DNA of 63,982 nucleotides, filler included, from Perkinsus olseni (GCA_013115125.1; 4 parts of 4 records of this genome joined end to end with filler, not necessarily neighbours in it), one strand, 5' to 3'. Positions 36,684 through 51,052 are shown, counted from the whole stretch's first letter. Translations and numbers: made by a program. Notes: a model not told the origin generated them from the sequence alone.

Positions 36684-38731
36684 TCATCCTATTTCTTTGA
36701 TTTATTGTATCGATGTGTTTATGTGTTTATAAATGATGTATGTATATCATGTTGTTGAAGGTGTCCGGAATAGCAAATTACAGCTTCGAGTTGCCAGTGA
36801 GTTAGTGATGGCCGCTCTGTTTCCGGTGGACCGAAGAAGAGTTGAAACAAAAAGAGCGATGTAGAATGTGGTTGCCAAGGCCAACCGTCCATCTCTGTTG
36901 TTCCCACCGAAATTTGTCCTGACGTGTTACCCCCTTCCTCGGGCAAAGACCATCTGTGCTACCAACGGGCCAGCTCACAACGGGTCCGCTGAGAATGCTC
37001 TGCGGGTGCGGCCGTTTGCACCCAAACTCCCAAATAGTAGGTCGGCTGAACACATTACCCGTGAGGAGTTTCTGCAGCCGCCCAAGGACTATATGTCTGT
37101 CTATTGCTAGAAATAATTGGCGTATCTATCTCTGCACCCCATCTCTGAGGTCCGTTTCTACCACGCCGACCCTGACGTTCTGCCAGCGCATGGGTCCCTG
37201 AGCAACATTGCAGCCTTAGTTAAACCCTTTTCGACGAACCTAACTAAGCCGTTATCTAACCGAACCGCAACCGGCGTTAAATTATCACCGAGACTTCGAA
37301 ACTCGATGCTCGATGAAGATTGACTCTGATATCGATGACAGATCCTATGTGCATAGCGACGTTCTTCCGAGGCTCGCTATCTTGGAGCCCGGAGAATTAC
37401 ACCGAGTTAAGCCCGTCGAGGTTTACTCCCTAAGTGACGTAGGTTACATCTCCCTGCAACTATCAAATTCATCAACTGCCTGCGTGAATCTCTGTGTGAC
37501 ACTGTATGGCGAAGGAGAACGACACTGGGCGGCACTGAATTGGCGGCCGCGAAATCGAAATCTATACTTGAGCTATTCAACAAGCTCTCCACGGCAGGCA
37601 AGGATAAAATCGGATGACTATATTTTATGAGCTGACTACTGAACGGTTTATCGTTGGCAGTAGCGGATGAGCAGTCACGAGAGGATTTATATCGCTAGAA
37701 CCTGACCTTCTGTAACAGCTGGGCACTTCTCGGCGGCCTAGGACAACTTGCGCCTTCGCTGCGGTTCATAGTCATTGCGGGAGTGGGGAAGTAAGGGAAT
37801 CGATGCAAAAAGATTATGAAATTTCGGGAGATTAGGCCATATGAACCGCAGTTATTGGGTTGGATAATCAATGGTCATTCACCTGTACAAGCATACTCGC
37901 CGTGTATGGCACATGGTGAGCAACATTCTCCGGTCCGACTGGCGGCCGAATTCTGGTCTGCTCACCCTTATGGCTAGCACTCATGAACTAGCAGTCATCC
38001 TCTCTAAACCTCGGGCTCTTGGAGTGGGACGAACTGGAGCAGGAATTCGGATCCTCTCCACTACTCCGCTCAACTCAGTTACGGGCAAGTCTGGTGCACA
38101 CTCTCCCGGTTCATCTTCCTGTACATATTGATACTGAATCAAATCTCGCCGTCCCATAGTTCCCTGACCGGCTCCCTGACTGCAAGGAGGGTTAGAAGAG
38201 TTAATGCATCGTCTTCATCGAATGCAAGAGAGTGTTCGCGCGAAGTGTGAGAACGCGCAATCAATTTTCATCGAAACAAACCAAAGAATAAAACAGATAG
38301 CATCGCAGATTCTGGATCTACGCACAATTCTCTATCCTATAGTTCTGCCCGTCTTCCCTGTCAGTCTTGGATACTTCACCAGGAATATCGGTCACCTGTG
38401 GCCCGGCCATCATAACGCAGAACCAGCGAATCGAAAGGACAAGTCGTGTGCAGGGACGCCTCGGCACGACAGGTCAGTGATGACTATGATATCTCTTGCG
38501 ACATGAGGTTGCGTAAGACTGATGACATTGGGTAACATTCGAAACTTCGCCAGACCACAGCACATAGGGCACTGCCCGAAAATAAATCTAACGGCACCAG
38601 AGCACGTGATGGTGCAAGGGCAACAACAAAAGATGCAGCAACCGAAACATCAACGACGACTAACTGCAACCATTCCTCGCTCATCAAAGGTGAGGGACGC
38701 AGCTTTCTTCTCTCCGCTGTCAGCAGAGAGG

Positions 38732-41020
38732 TCAAGTCCCGGGCCTCGCTCGCTCCATCCACCGCAATGTATACTTAATTCCACGATCCACTAAACCACC
38801 TGGGATGACAATCTGAGCCACAACCCATGCTAATAATCGTAACTGGTCACTCACAGCAAAGTGCGGCCAAAATCGATACGACTAGAGAGGCATAAAATGG
38901 GTAAGCCCTTCGGCCTGGATCGGCATCATAAAGAACACCACTGATGATGGGCCCACACACAGCACCTGGAAAGTAAGATTTGCGTGGCGTTTCTGAAACG
39001 AGAAATCCGGAAAAACTCGGGGCGAGATCCTTCTATACGCAAAACTCACCAGCATTCGAAGAAGTCATAACAAGAGAGCCGCGTAACCCTCTTCTGCCCC
39101 CCGGAGAGACGATGTTGATAAAGTAGGCGATGCCCGAGAAGAAGAGGAAACCTGAGGTAAAGAGAAGGGGTCCGTCACATGGACTGTGCTAGAGAAGAAC
39201 TTCTTTGGCCATCGCATGAGCGCTGAGAACTACCCCTTCTCGTTACTCAGATATTCAGACTCGGAAGCAAGCAGGCTGCGGTGACCCACTGGAAGTTACT
39301 CACATCCAACGCCCGCGACTGTCCCGATCGCCGTCGTCCAGTAAATACTATGCAGAAAGGAGACGATGATGAGGAGGGAGCTCACAGCCAAGCCCACGGC
39401 CGCGGTCAAAGCCGGGCTCAAAAGGTGCTCTGAAATGCCGAGTCACTGCATTGTAATCATTGATTACTAATCAAGCGTGACTGAGCTAAACTTGCTCAGA
39501 GCTGGTCGCTCACTAGTGATAGGGATGTAGCAGATGCAGAGCAGAATCATGACACATCCTTGAACGCCGAAGGCGAGTCCATTCTCAGCAGAATTCAGGC
39601 CGTATCTCGTATCTGCACCGAGAAGGCCAAATACGGTGGACCAGCCCGTAAGCATGTATCTGGGAGGACGGTATCAGACGAACCCGACGACTTGGGACCG
39701 AGACGGGCCGTTCCAGACGGCGACGGCTAACTCTGATGCCCCCTCAGTAGAGTCGAGTATACATACCAGGCTGATGATGCAACTGGCGATGCGAAGAAGG
39801 AGTGCCCCCTGAAACTAAACCGGGCGATTCTTTGTTCTTGGTACGATCGAATGCAACCCGATGGGTCGACTCTCGGTCAAAGCTATTCTAACTGTCTCAC
39901 TTAGGACGAGCATCAAGTTCTCGAGTTCCACCCAATTCCGCAAATGGACGACCCCCCCCCCCCTCCAGCGACTTACTGTGCACAGAACGCGATGAGCGCT
40001 AGCAAAGTGGTTGTTGGCATCAGCCACTTGTTTGGAGGCACTTGCTGTCGATGTTCATCTGACAGAAGAACTTTTATATTCCAGGTCGGATACTGTGGAT
40101 TTTTTTACATGTGGTATTATTGGCCATAGAACGACCCGCATCAGTTGTGGTATTCGTAGACCGATTATGATGAGACTCTCGAAGGGTGAAAAACAACAAA
40201 ATGAGTAGAACGGATGAAACGCCCCCGAAAAGGTAGAGGGGGAACTCAAGTTTCACCAGAGCAAGAGCACCGCCTGAAAGGACAAGCGAATCGTCGAGGG
40301 GTGGATGAGCCCAAAATGGATATTGCTCACCTATCATCGGTCCTATACAGATACCTACGTTGACTGATATGGAGAGGAGGGCACCATAGAAAGTTAAATC
40401 CCTTGGATCAGATGTGTCCACTAAGAACGCGATAAAAACAGGTCGATTGCCTGAGAAAATACCGAAACTGCGTTGAGGGACTGTGGATGAGTCTGATACC
40501 TGCTGCGCCACCGCCGAGCGCTCGGAAGCAGGCGAAACTTAAAAGATTCCAGGCATTGGCAGCGAGAAAATACGATGTCGCATACAGCATGAGCCCAGCG
40601 AGGAAGACGGGCCGACGGCCGACTCTGAAATGGGAAGGAAGCCCTAAGAGCACAACAACCATCCACGACAGCCCTCATTGGACTTACCTATCAGATAATG
40701 GTCCTGAAACAAGGGAGCCCAGTGTGGTACCAGCAGCGTAGGAGGCTATCATAATAGAGGCTGCTGCGCCTTCGTCCATATGCGGACTCAGCTTTTCTAT
40801 GAACCTGCGAATGTCGCGTGCTAATTGTGGCACTGGATGGGACTCACCATGGCGTGAGAGGCGCTATGATGGTTATACCCATCCATTCAACGAGGATCAT
40901 GAGTAGCAATAAAGTGACCTCAGCCACCCGGCGAGGATGATGTCTGAGACTGTACCAGAAACGCTGCCAGATACCGAGACTATGATACTCATCAACGGGG
41001 ACGGGATCTTTAAGGGCCAT
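38732..41020 (-). CDS. MFS transporter (DHA1/TetA-like), paralogue 1
   Basis: Motif A GPLSDR|VGRRPVFL, FRALGG, YDADPGRRAYPFY, and multiple TM exons. Confidence 0.85.
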
Positions 41021-41586
41021 CGAACATGAAAGGGATGATCCAATAGAGAGTTTAAGATAGACACCAATCATGAAGACGTTTCGGGTAGCGGCTCTCGAGG
41101 GTTTAACCCCTGCATCAGGTTACACGTTAGCAGGCACACAGAGAAAACTGATACTGACTAACGCCCAGCTAAGACTCCTCTCGCCAACCTCCCCGATATA
41201 TGTTGTTACGGCTATAATTCAAACGCCCTGTGCCGCTTCGATACCCCTCCCGATTTAGCGATCATAACACAAACCTGACTATCAGACTATAAGCCGTCAA
41301 AGCGGCCATTGGAAGAGACACGTGAAACTCACAACAACAAAAGAGATAAGACTCATACTACAAGTATCTTCGTACGGATACGGACGTATGTATAACATCA
41401 TCGAGTATTGTTTGCAAATGCTCTCAACACCTCCGAGCGGAGATTCCAACAGCGAATCAACAAAAGGGACAAGCATCAAGACACCACTGAGGATGATCGT
41501 GAACTCCGAGAATTTCTCAAGAGGGCTAGTCGAAGAGAACGCCAATTGGGATGACCGTTTGCCTTGTTGTTATCAGGCCTCTCGAG

Positions 41587-43763
41587 TCAAGTGCTGAGCC
41601 GGCGCAATGTGTACTTGATACCACAATCCACGATACCACCTGAGATGAGCATCAGAGGCGCTATCTGCCAGCATCGTCTGCGACTTACAGCAAATAGTGG
41701 CCAGAAAAGATAATGCTACTGTAGAAAGCAGTAGAACGGGTAAGCCGGCATCACGGGCTGAATCGGCACACACCTCATCATACAAGATACCACTGATGAT
41801 GGGCCCACAAATACCACCTGAAAGAGCTAATGCGGAGCTCCGTGGAACTCCTTCCCTCGTGAAAGGGAGGAGCCTATGTACCTAAGTTCGAGGAAGTACA
41901 GTATACAGGAGGAGGGAACTGAGGAAGCCTTTACCTTCTACTGCCAGGAGATACTGTATGATATTGACGAAGTACGCAATGCCCGAGAAGAAGAGTGAAC
42001 CTAGGGTGGAGCAAAGAGGGATCTCATTCCCAATAAAGACGTCGTCTTTATTGGGAATGTCTTTAAGACGAATTATCCAGATGTGGGCTCTCTCAAAGAT
42101 GGCTGCGGAAGCAAGAAGATGAGCACTCTAATCTGACGCGGGTGCACCAGAGAGTGATAACTCACATCCAACGCCAACAACCGTTCCAAGAACCGCTGTC
42201 CAGTAGACGTTATGCAGGAAGGGCACGATGACGAGGAGGCAGCTGATAGCCAGGCCAACCGTCCCGGTCAAGGCCGGGCTCAGAAGGTGTTCTGAACAAT
42301 TGAGCTATCGGCGGTTGGCAAGCCTGACTCTCACCGGTGATGGGGATGTAGAGGATGCAGAGCACAACTATGACACAGGCTTGCAGGCCCAACGCGAGTC
42401 CATTTTGGGCAGAATTCAGGCCGTATCTTTCCGCACCGAGGAGGCCAAATACAGTGGACCAGCCAGTAAGCAAGTATCTGAACGACCATATGACATATGT
42501 CACAAAAGCCCAATTCTTTGTTCAAGTCTTCTTTCAAATCAGTTCCCGACCAGTTACGGGCCCTACCGAATATGAACGAACGGCTCGGGGGAGTTGGGCA
42601 GTTTTCTGACTGATAACTCGATTCAGTGGGCGTCTTTGGTACTTCGAGGCGCCGACCACAGTAGACACCCGCCTGTCAACCCCCTGAACGTCTTACTGTG
42701 CACAGAACCCTATGAAAGCCAGCAGGGCAGTCGTTGGTATCAACCATTTGCTCGGATGGACTCCTTGATGGGCATCTGCAATGGAGGACCAGAAAATCTC
42801 ATTCCCGAATCTGACACAGTATTTGAACCCAAGATCCTTACAAAGAGAACTTGACGTCGGCCGTCTATCCTCATTGGTGGCATTTGCAGGCAGCTTCTGA
42901 CGAGATTCTCGAAGGATGACGAACAACAAAACGAATAGAGCGGAGCAAACGCCTCCGAAGAAGTAGAGGGGTGCCTCGATAGTCACCAGAGCGAGAGCGC
43001 CACCTGCAGAGGAGCGCGGGATAGCGAACAACAGATGAGCTGGGCAGCGACGGTTACCTATCATGGGTCCTATACTGATGCCTGCGTTGACTGATAGAGA
43101 AAGGAGTACACCATAAAATGTCAAATCTCGAGGATAAGATGTGTCCACTAAGTATGCGACCAAGGCTGGTCGATTGCCTGAGAACATCAAATCACACGAT
43201 CATGAATGAAAGGTCTCGGACAATTGTGAATACCTGTTGCCAAGCCGCCAAGCGCTCGGAAACAGGCGAAGCTTATGATGTTCCACGCATTCGCAGCTAG
43301 GAAGTACGAGCTGGCACACAGCACGAGCCCGGTAAGAAGGACTGGGCGACGACCAATCCTGAAGGAGCAGCAACAGGTTGAGAGTTCAGTAGTTGCAGTC
43401 TTCCCTCGACTTGCCTATCAGATATCGGCCCCGAGACTAGGGAGCCCAAGGTGGTACCAATGGCGTAGGAGGCAACCATGATAGAGGCAGCTGAGCCTTC
43501 GTCCATATCGGGGCTCAGCTTCTCTATGAACCTAGACACATACTCTCAGCACGATCACCCGGCAGATCTCACCACTACGAAAAAGATTACCATGGCGTCA
43601 GGGGAGCTATGACCGTAATACCCATCCATTCTACGAAGACCATGACGAATAACAAGGTCACTTCGGCTACTCGCCGAGGGTGGTGTCTGATACTGAAGCA
43701 GAAACGCTGCCAGAAACCCAGACGATAATAGTCATCAACAGGGAGGGGATCTTTGTGGGGCAT
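41587..43763 (-). CDS. MFS transporter, paralogue 2 (3' exons carry several small insertions; may be variant or pseudogenising)
   Basis: Exon-by-exon similarity to paralogue 1 (GPISDR|IGRRPVL, GNRPALVAYLVDTS). Indels at 41700-41970. Confidence 0.8.
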
Positions 43764-45140
43764 CGGACATGAAAATCCGAGGGACTGTGAATGGTGGGAG
43801 TTGAGGCAATTATCATATGGGTGTCTTGGGGATGCTGATGATCATCAGACCTCTGCCATGGGCAGCTGACATGTTTGAGGACTGCAATTTGAGAGGCATC
43901 CAACTCCGAGAACCACTATCCCATCCCTACTGGTAAAGCATTGATCCTTGGCATATGACAATTGATAATAAACTCAACATCGACTGCATGAGAATCCACT
44001 GAGAGCAAATTTTCAACACACGGCGATAGCTGGTCGGAAATAGTCCGAACGCAGGATCCTTGGGAAATCATGATAATCGATTCTCAAATATGACCACTAT
44101 AATGATGGCCAATGGAGAGAGAACTGTTACGGCTGCGGCATCGCTGTCGCGCTCGTTGGCGGCGATGACTGCTTCATAAGATTGCAGCGAACCGCCATCG
44201 AACACCTGACAGATCGAGCCGGAACTCCTGGCACTATCTTACCAACGTGGGGGCACAACCAGGGTACGAGATGTCCCGCTGTGCGCACAATATGACAGCA
44301 TCTCTCCGCGCCGGTATTAACTCAAATAACCTAACAGTGTTCGGATTAGTAATGCTGAGTGCGGAGCGGATGGCATCATTGGCCGTCCTGAGGAGTATCA
44401 ATAAGCAACAACACGACAACGGTTGCGAAAGTGACGCACGAAACTCCACTGGGACTGCTGTTTAGGGCGTCCATTGGGTCTACTCGAGTCAACATAAGAA
44501 CACTTCAAGACCTCGGTTGAGAACATGATTGCCGAGTCTTACAGTCTAACACTCAAGCACCCTCAGGTGCGACTCGCGGCCGCTTCCGTGGACGGCGATA
44601 CCTACGGGATCAGCCTAATACGCACCTCCATCCCGCCTGTCGTTCGATGACGTAATCGGCACTCAACACAATCAACTTCTATACGCCCATAGAAACGCGA
44701 CAGTACGAGAAACTACGCCAGGTAACTGCGATGAGCCAAGGACGTCGACAAGGAGGAGTGTAGTTGTACTATCCCCGGTGAGGGCACGGACGGGCTCCCC
44801 CGAGATGGAGGCGGACTCCCACCGCACACGAAAGGCGGAAAACGGGGTTGATATCGATTCTCAGAATCGAAGCAAACAGCAGCAGCCCTGACTTTACAGG
44901 GGAAGGGTGTTTTGGTGGAGCGATGGTACAAGACTGTGCACTACTAAAGTAACGATAATGGTTGACAACCATACCGTTATGGCTAGACACGCTCCTACGA
45001 AGGATGCAACGATCCATCGAACGCAGGCATTGACGAGACGACCACGAATGAACTACTGTAATGACGATGATGAAGACACAGAGTGAGTAGCCCGAGAAGC
45101 TGTAGAACAAAGAAGTCTGATGCAGAGCTGTACGGCGAGA

Positions 45141-47142
45141 CTAGTGACCCTCCCTCAATAACTTCTCCGTGTATGTGGAACCAGCGGTCATCACTAGACC
45201 TGAATAACGGGGAGAGATACGATGGTCGATACGGATCGAGAGCCTACTTGATGCTATACCGAGAACGCCCAGGCCACACATCACATAATAGGGATCAGCA
45301 ACATTGAGATCATAGAGTTGACCTCCCACCAAAGGCCCCAAAACACCACCTAGAAGAACGTACGGCAGAAATCATCCCACCCAGCCCAAGACCGAGCTGA
45401 ATCAGCTCAGCTGATTCGCTTACCAACATTAGTCATGCCCATCGAAATCGAGTTGATAAGCCCACGGCTCCTTGGTGGTGATATCAGTGCACTACAGTAA
45501 GCCATGCCCGCAAAGAAGAAGGTAACTACAATGATATCCATGGTGATACTGATCGCCCAGGGAGCTGCTGCTTACCTCCAACATAAACGCACATGCCGAT
45601 CACGATAGTACCCCATATTGAGTAGATGAAAGGCACAATGACAGCTAGGACTACCAAGCAGAACCCGAAGGCAGATACCAGGCCTGGTTTGATCTTATCT
45701 AGGGAAGCAGTAGCGGAGTGTTCAAGGACACAGTGTGAGCCCCTCCTACCTGATACGTATATGTATATAATAGTGCAAATGATGACGACCACTGCCTGGA
45801 TTCCCATGGCTTCACCATTCTCTTGCTCAGAGAGATTATACCTGTCAGCTCCGAGTACACCGAACACTGTGGACCACGAGTTCCCAGTGTATCTGAAGGC
45901 ACAGTGCAGTAAACTCCGACGTCGCCTCGGCTCGTGTTGTCAGTTCCCGATCATGAACAAAGAACTGTGGTTATTACTGTCCAGCAAATGACGCCAAGCA
46001 CAGACAGACGAGCGTTGGTATGAACCATTTATTCTTCTTTGACCATTTCCCCAGGCTCATATCCTTAGCCTGGTCCGTTGGCGACATAGCCTTCTCCGGA
46101 GTCTGCTCAGCCGGAGTAGGCTGTCTATCACTCGAGGCTAAAGTCGCACCATCGCTAACATCTGCTACACAAACACTACCTCAGCACTTGCTGCGTCCGG
46201 TATTACCGTCATCATCGTTATTCCTTTGTCGCCGATGCTGAGGATGTTTCCAACACTCGTAGTATTCCAGTGTGAGCCACTTAGGTTTGTCTTCCCAAGG
46301 TTTGGTCTCTCGCAGGAACAAGAATTCCAGAACGAATATTATAGCAGCCACAACTCCCATAAAGTAAAATGGGAATGACATCCCAACACTGGCCAACCAA
46401 CCACCTGTAAGATTAATCACCCACAACAGCAGCATCCTGTATACCGTTATTACCTATGGTGGGCCCCAGTGCTCCCCCAACAGTATTGCATATGGATATA
46501 CAGGAGCCATAGAATCTCATATCCTCTTGACGGCTACTATCCGTTATGAAGGCGTATAACACTGGCCGTGTACCTGCGATAAATCGGCTGCGTCTTGACA
46601 GCCCGGCCCTAGGCATTACCAGCAGAAACTCCACCTAGAGCACGGAAGCCAGCGAAACTTGCGATACTCCAAGCATTAGCAACGAGGAAGTAGGATATGG
46701 TGTAGAGGAACATAGCCAATATAAAAACTGGGCGCCTACCATACCTGATTGGGGAGAATCTCTAGGGAAGTAAGGACTGTGTGGTATAGCGACCTATCAG
46801 ATAGTGGCCCCGTGACTAGTGAGGCTATTAGAGTGCCGATAGAGAAGGAGGCCATGAAGATAGACGCAGCGCTTCCCTCATCCATACTGGGGTCGAGAGC
46901 TTGCACCAACCTGAACTGACGATGGACCAAGGAGCGGGGAGGCCGAAGTAGCCATGCTACTACCATGGTGTTAAAGGGGCCACTAATGCTGTGCCGCACC
47001 ATTCAACGAAGAGACTAACTAGTAGGAGAGTGAGGTCCAGCACTCTCCGTGGATCGTATCGCAATTGGTATATTAGACGCCTGAACCTATTCATCTTGAT
47101 GTAATCATCAAGACTCATGGGTCCTTTATGTACGTATCCCAT
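45141..47142 (-). CDS. MFS transporter, paralogue 3
   Basis: MGYVHKGPMSLDDY.., GPLSDR|YGRRPVFI, GTRPVLYAFITDSS, GPLVGGQLYD. Similar intron positions to the other copies. Confidence 0.85.
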
Positions 47143-47396
47143 AGGAACGAAGAGAAAGAAGAAACACAGAAACTGAGGAAGAGGTGAATGGAAGGAGAAC
47201 TGTCTCAGAAAGTACGGACACCACATGAAGAGATACGCCGGAGCAATATAGTGACTAACGTACTCAACACCATGCCTAATATATAAACACCAATAGCCCA
47301 TCATGGATGGTATGGAGGATACTCCGGAGGCCACTTTATGGCTGGAAGCACCACACCAGTCGACGTCTGATGCCACTACATCAGCATCCTGTCATG

Positions 47397-48923
47397 CTAG
47401 CGATACAAACTTTCGATGACTGAGGCACTCACGATTAGTGCCGCACCCGCGACATTAGTAGCTGTGCTTGGATGATGCTGAATGAATATCTGCACCCAGG
47501 ATGCGTCTACCAGGGATCGACCCCGGGATCTATCGAGTACCAACCTGGAAGATGAACCCGAACACCACGTCCATCTGACGCACTATCGAGCTGGTCACCG
47601 CGGACGATGTCAACTGGAGGCCTGAAAAAATCGAATATGAAACTGGATAACTTTCAATAAATGGCCTCAAATCAACATTTATCGGACAAGGCTGAACGGC
47701 AGCCTCGTGCTACGGTAGACGCTAATACCCCAAAGGTGGAACAACGAATAGAATGACGCTGCTGACGGCTGTCTATAAAGATACTCTAAGGATTGAGATT
47801 CGAGAGTGAACCTGCTTTGCATTCCTTGAAGACCAACAGCCTCGGACCCGGATACTACCGATGTTGAAGAAGGTCTGTCCCGTGAAGGAGATGCATCCAA
47901 CGAGGACCAGCATGAACATAGACCATGAGTTAGCCTCTCGTAGATAAGGCAGAGTCGACCCCCGACAGCCGACCAGCAATACAATCAATGAAACTGCTAT
48001 ACCACATATACCATACCACAGCGTCAGCTGCGACCAATGGACCTAACAGCACGACGACGACAGGGATCATCGTGGATCTCAATCAAACATTATAGAACAC
48101 TGAAAGCCAAACTAATACAGACAGAATAACGCAGACAGGAGTACTATAGCAGTTTCCCGCTCCCCGTTCTACCTTTTCCCCTGCCTTAGTAACTGTAATG
48201 TAAACCCAGGAGGCCATCAGACTTCCACACAGCGCAGCTCCGATACCGCACAATCTCGAAGTTTGATGCACTGATGTGCTCGATACCTCACTAGACTGGG
48301 CTAAGAGTAGGACCTGCGAAGACCCACCGTGATGGACGACGCCATCCGTCACTCCCGCCTACTCCGCAAGTGACGGCGATGACGGTGATGACTTGTTGGG
48401 CTCTGATCGGCTGTTTCAACAGTACCCACGACAATAGCAATGAAAAGACCGAATGAGTCCCATGGATGCTCAGCGACTCTCCTAGTGGTATCAGCGATAC
48501 TGATAAAAATCTAATAAAAAGGACAACCTCAGTTGTGTTGCTCGGCGGTGTGAAGGCCCACCGCATCAATGTAGATAGAGCTCCGCCAAGACCTCGCGAC
48601 ATAACCAAAAACCGTAACTCGTTGTTCTCGAAATCCCACATAGATTTCCGCAGTATTCTGCATCCTACCGCTGCCATCGCAGTCTGTACCACACTTCTCG
48701 CTAATAGTATGAGGGTGATAGGCACCACCAGAGCCAAATGTGCAGCCAACAGGCTCATCAATGAGAATGATAAAGATGCCACCAAGAGGCATACTGCACC
48801 CCGTCTCCATTGCTCTGCATCAATGGTTGACGACTCGAGCTCCTTCACGACGGCGGCAATTTCGAGATCCTCGCCCTTCCCATCTATAACGACGCTACCA
48901 TATAGTATGATATTGGACGCCAT
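47397..48923 (-). CDS. EamA/DMT (SLC35G-like) transporter
   Basis: GAVCLLVASLSFSLMSLL, ILLARSVVQ, SRGLGG, SLIPLGESLSI, LSWVLLKQPI, SFTGQTFFNIG|LQL, RQMDVVFGFIFQ. Confidence 0.8.
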
Positions 48924-49217
48924 CAACGAGGACTGACGAGCAACCAAATGTACACCACCGTCATTCAGGAGGTCGCAGGTTCTATTCCCAGCGAGTACAC
49001 AGACGTTTGTCCTGTTTGATAAACGCAGTCCTCAAAATGAGTCGAAACTTTTCCGGCCAGACATGAACAACCACTAACAACGTTAAAAAAGAGATACTCC
49101 CTGGCGATAGGATGGCCAAGCGCCATCATCACCAATAGTATTGGCAAATGGAAAAAAGGAGTTAAACGAATAGCAATGGCCCTAATAGTAGTGGAAAGTA
49201 ATAGCTGGACAGCGCCA

Positions 49218-51052
49218 TCATCTCGTGTAGTTGTTCTCTTCTCCTGCTTCAGCGCGCTCGGAAGACGACTTGGCCGGCTCGAGCGGAAATAACAGCGAAA
49301 GGGCGTGTAACAGTGCCCGGTGAATTCCCAGACCTGACAGGAGAGGCGCTCCACCGTCAAAGGTAGGTGACGAGGGTCGACTTACAGGCCGTACTGCCGA
49401 TAACTGAAACACCCGCGCTCATATAAAACGGATAAGCACGATGTTCAGGATCCATGTCGTAGAGCTGACCGGCGAGGAGAGGTCCAAAGATACCACCTGA
49501 CAAGCAACACTGATGACGATCGGACATGAGGATATCTATACCCAAGTTTGCCATGCTCATGACCAGAGAGTTGATGAGACCCCGTTTCTTAGGCGGAGCT
49601 ACAACCGAGTTGAAATAGGCCATCCCAGCGAAGTACAGGCCACCTGATGAGGAGTTCTCCATAATGTTGCATTCCCACTAGACAGTACATCCAACATTCA
49701 AGACCATGCCTAGAGCGACAGTAAGATAAAGGTTGTAGATGAAGGGAACTATGACTAGTAAAGTACATAACATATGGCCAACACAACCAACAAGAGCAGG
49801 GGCGATGTAATCTGAGAATGGCAGTGATGATGGTTATGAAAAGACGGATTGCAATTACGAGTGATCGGTAAGTAAACAAGGTTAATCAAGATGACCACGA
49901 CAGCTTGGACGCCCAAGACCGCACCGTTCGTTGACGATGATAGGTCGTAGCGATCTACACCTAGGAGGCCAAACACGGTATTCCAACCAGAATACACATA
50001 CCTACGGGAACGAACAAGCTACGTCCTTGCAACGCTGGAAAAGCAAGGACCAGACGTGGGGAGGAGAATGTTGTGAGAAGGCCGTAAACTTACTGTCCGC
50101 TGAACGATGCTGTCGCCAAGCAAAGCACTGTCGGGATAAGATACTTGTTCTTCCTAGGCTCCGCAATGCCATTACTCCAGGTGGCCCTGGGCCGACCGTT
50201 GGCGTCCTTAATGAGGGACTCCCTCAGAAAGATAATCTGTAGCACTAACAGGACTACTGAGACTCCACCCAGGAAGTAGAAGGGGAAAGAAAGAGTTACA
50301 CTTGCCAAGACTCCACCTAAGGATGAACTTTCAACCCCCCGACTCCGAACGAGGTTGCGTACCAACCATTGGTCCCAAGGCCTGGCCTGTAACAACAAAG
50401 AGACCCATCAATACACCATACAGTCTCATATCATCTGGTCGGCTGGTATCAGTCAGGAACGCCATGATCACAGGCCGTGTACCTACACACGAGTGGTGGA
50501 AGAGAGCAGGGTGAGACTCAGCAGGTTACCTGCCGATACCCCTCCGATTGCTCGGAAGGCCGCAAAGCTAGCAATGTTCCACGCATTAGCAGCAGCGAAC
50601 TGTGAAGAAGTGTAGAGAAACATAGCCGCCACCAAAACAGGCCGTCGACCAATCCTACTAGTGAGAAGGATGATACAGAGTAGATGATCGGATATCGTCT
50701 TGATAGGCCTACCTGTCCGATAGAGGCCCAGTGAACAGAGATGATAGGAAAGTTCCTACTGCATAGGATGCCATCAGAATAGAAGCTGCTGAGCCTTCGT
50801 CCATGTCCGAGGCCAGTTTCTCGATGTACCTTGGGCAAGTGAGCGTGGTAAGAAGGCTTGTTCAGCTGTGTCTACTTACCATGGAGTAATGGGAGCCAAT
50901 AAGGTATTACCCAACCATTCAATGAAGATACTTATGAAAATCAAACTCAGATCAACTATTCTTCTCGGCTCATATTTCAGCCTATATCGCAACCTTGCGA
51001 GTCTCTTCAAGCTGTAGTACTCTTCGGCTGACAACGGACCGGAATTGTTCAT
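49218..51052 (-). CDS. MFS transporter, paralogue 4
   Basis: MNNSGPLSAEEY.., GPLSDR|IGRRPVLV, GTRPVIMAFLTDTS, GPLLAGQLYDMDPEHRAYPFY. Confidence 0.85.
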
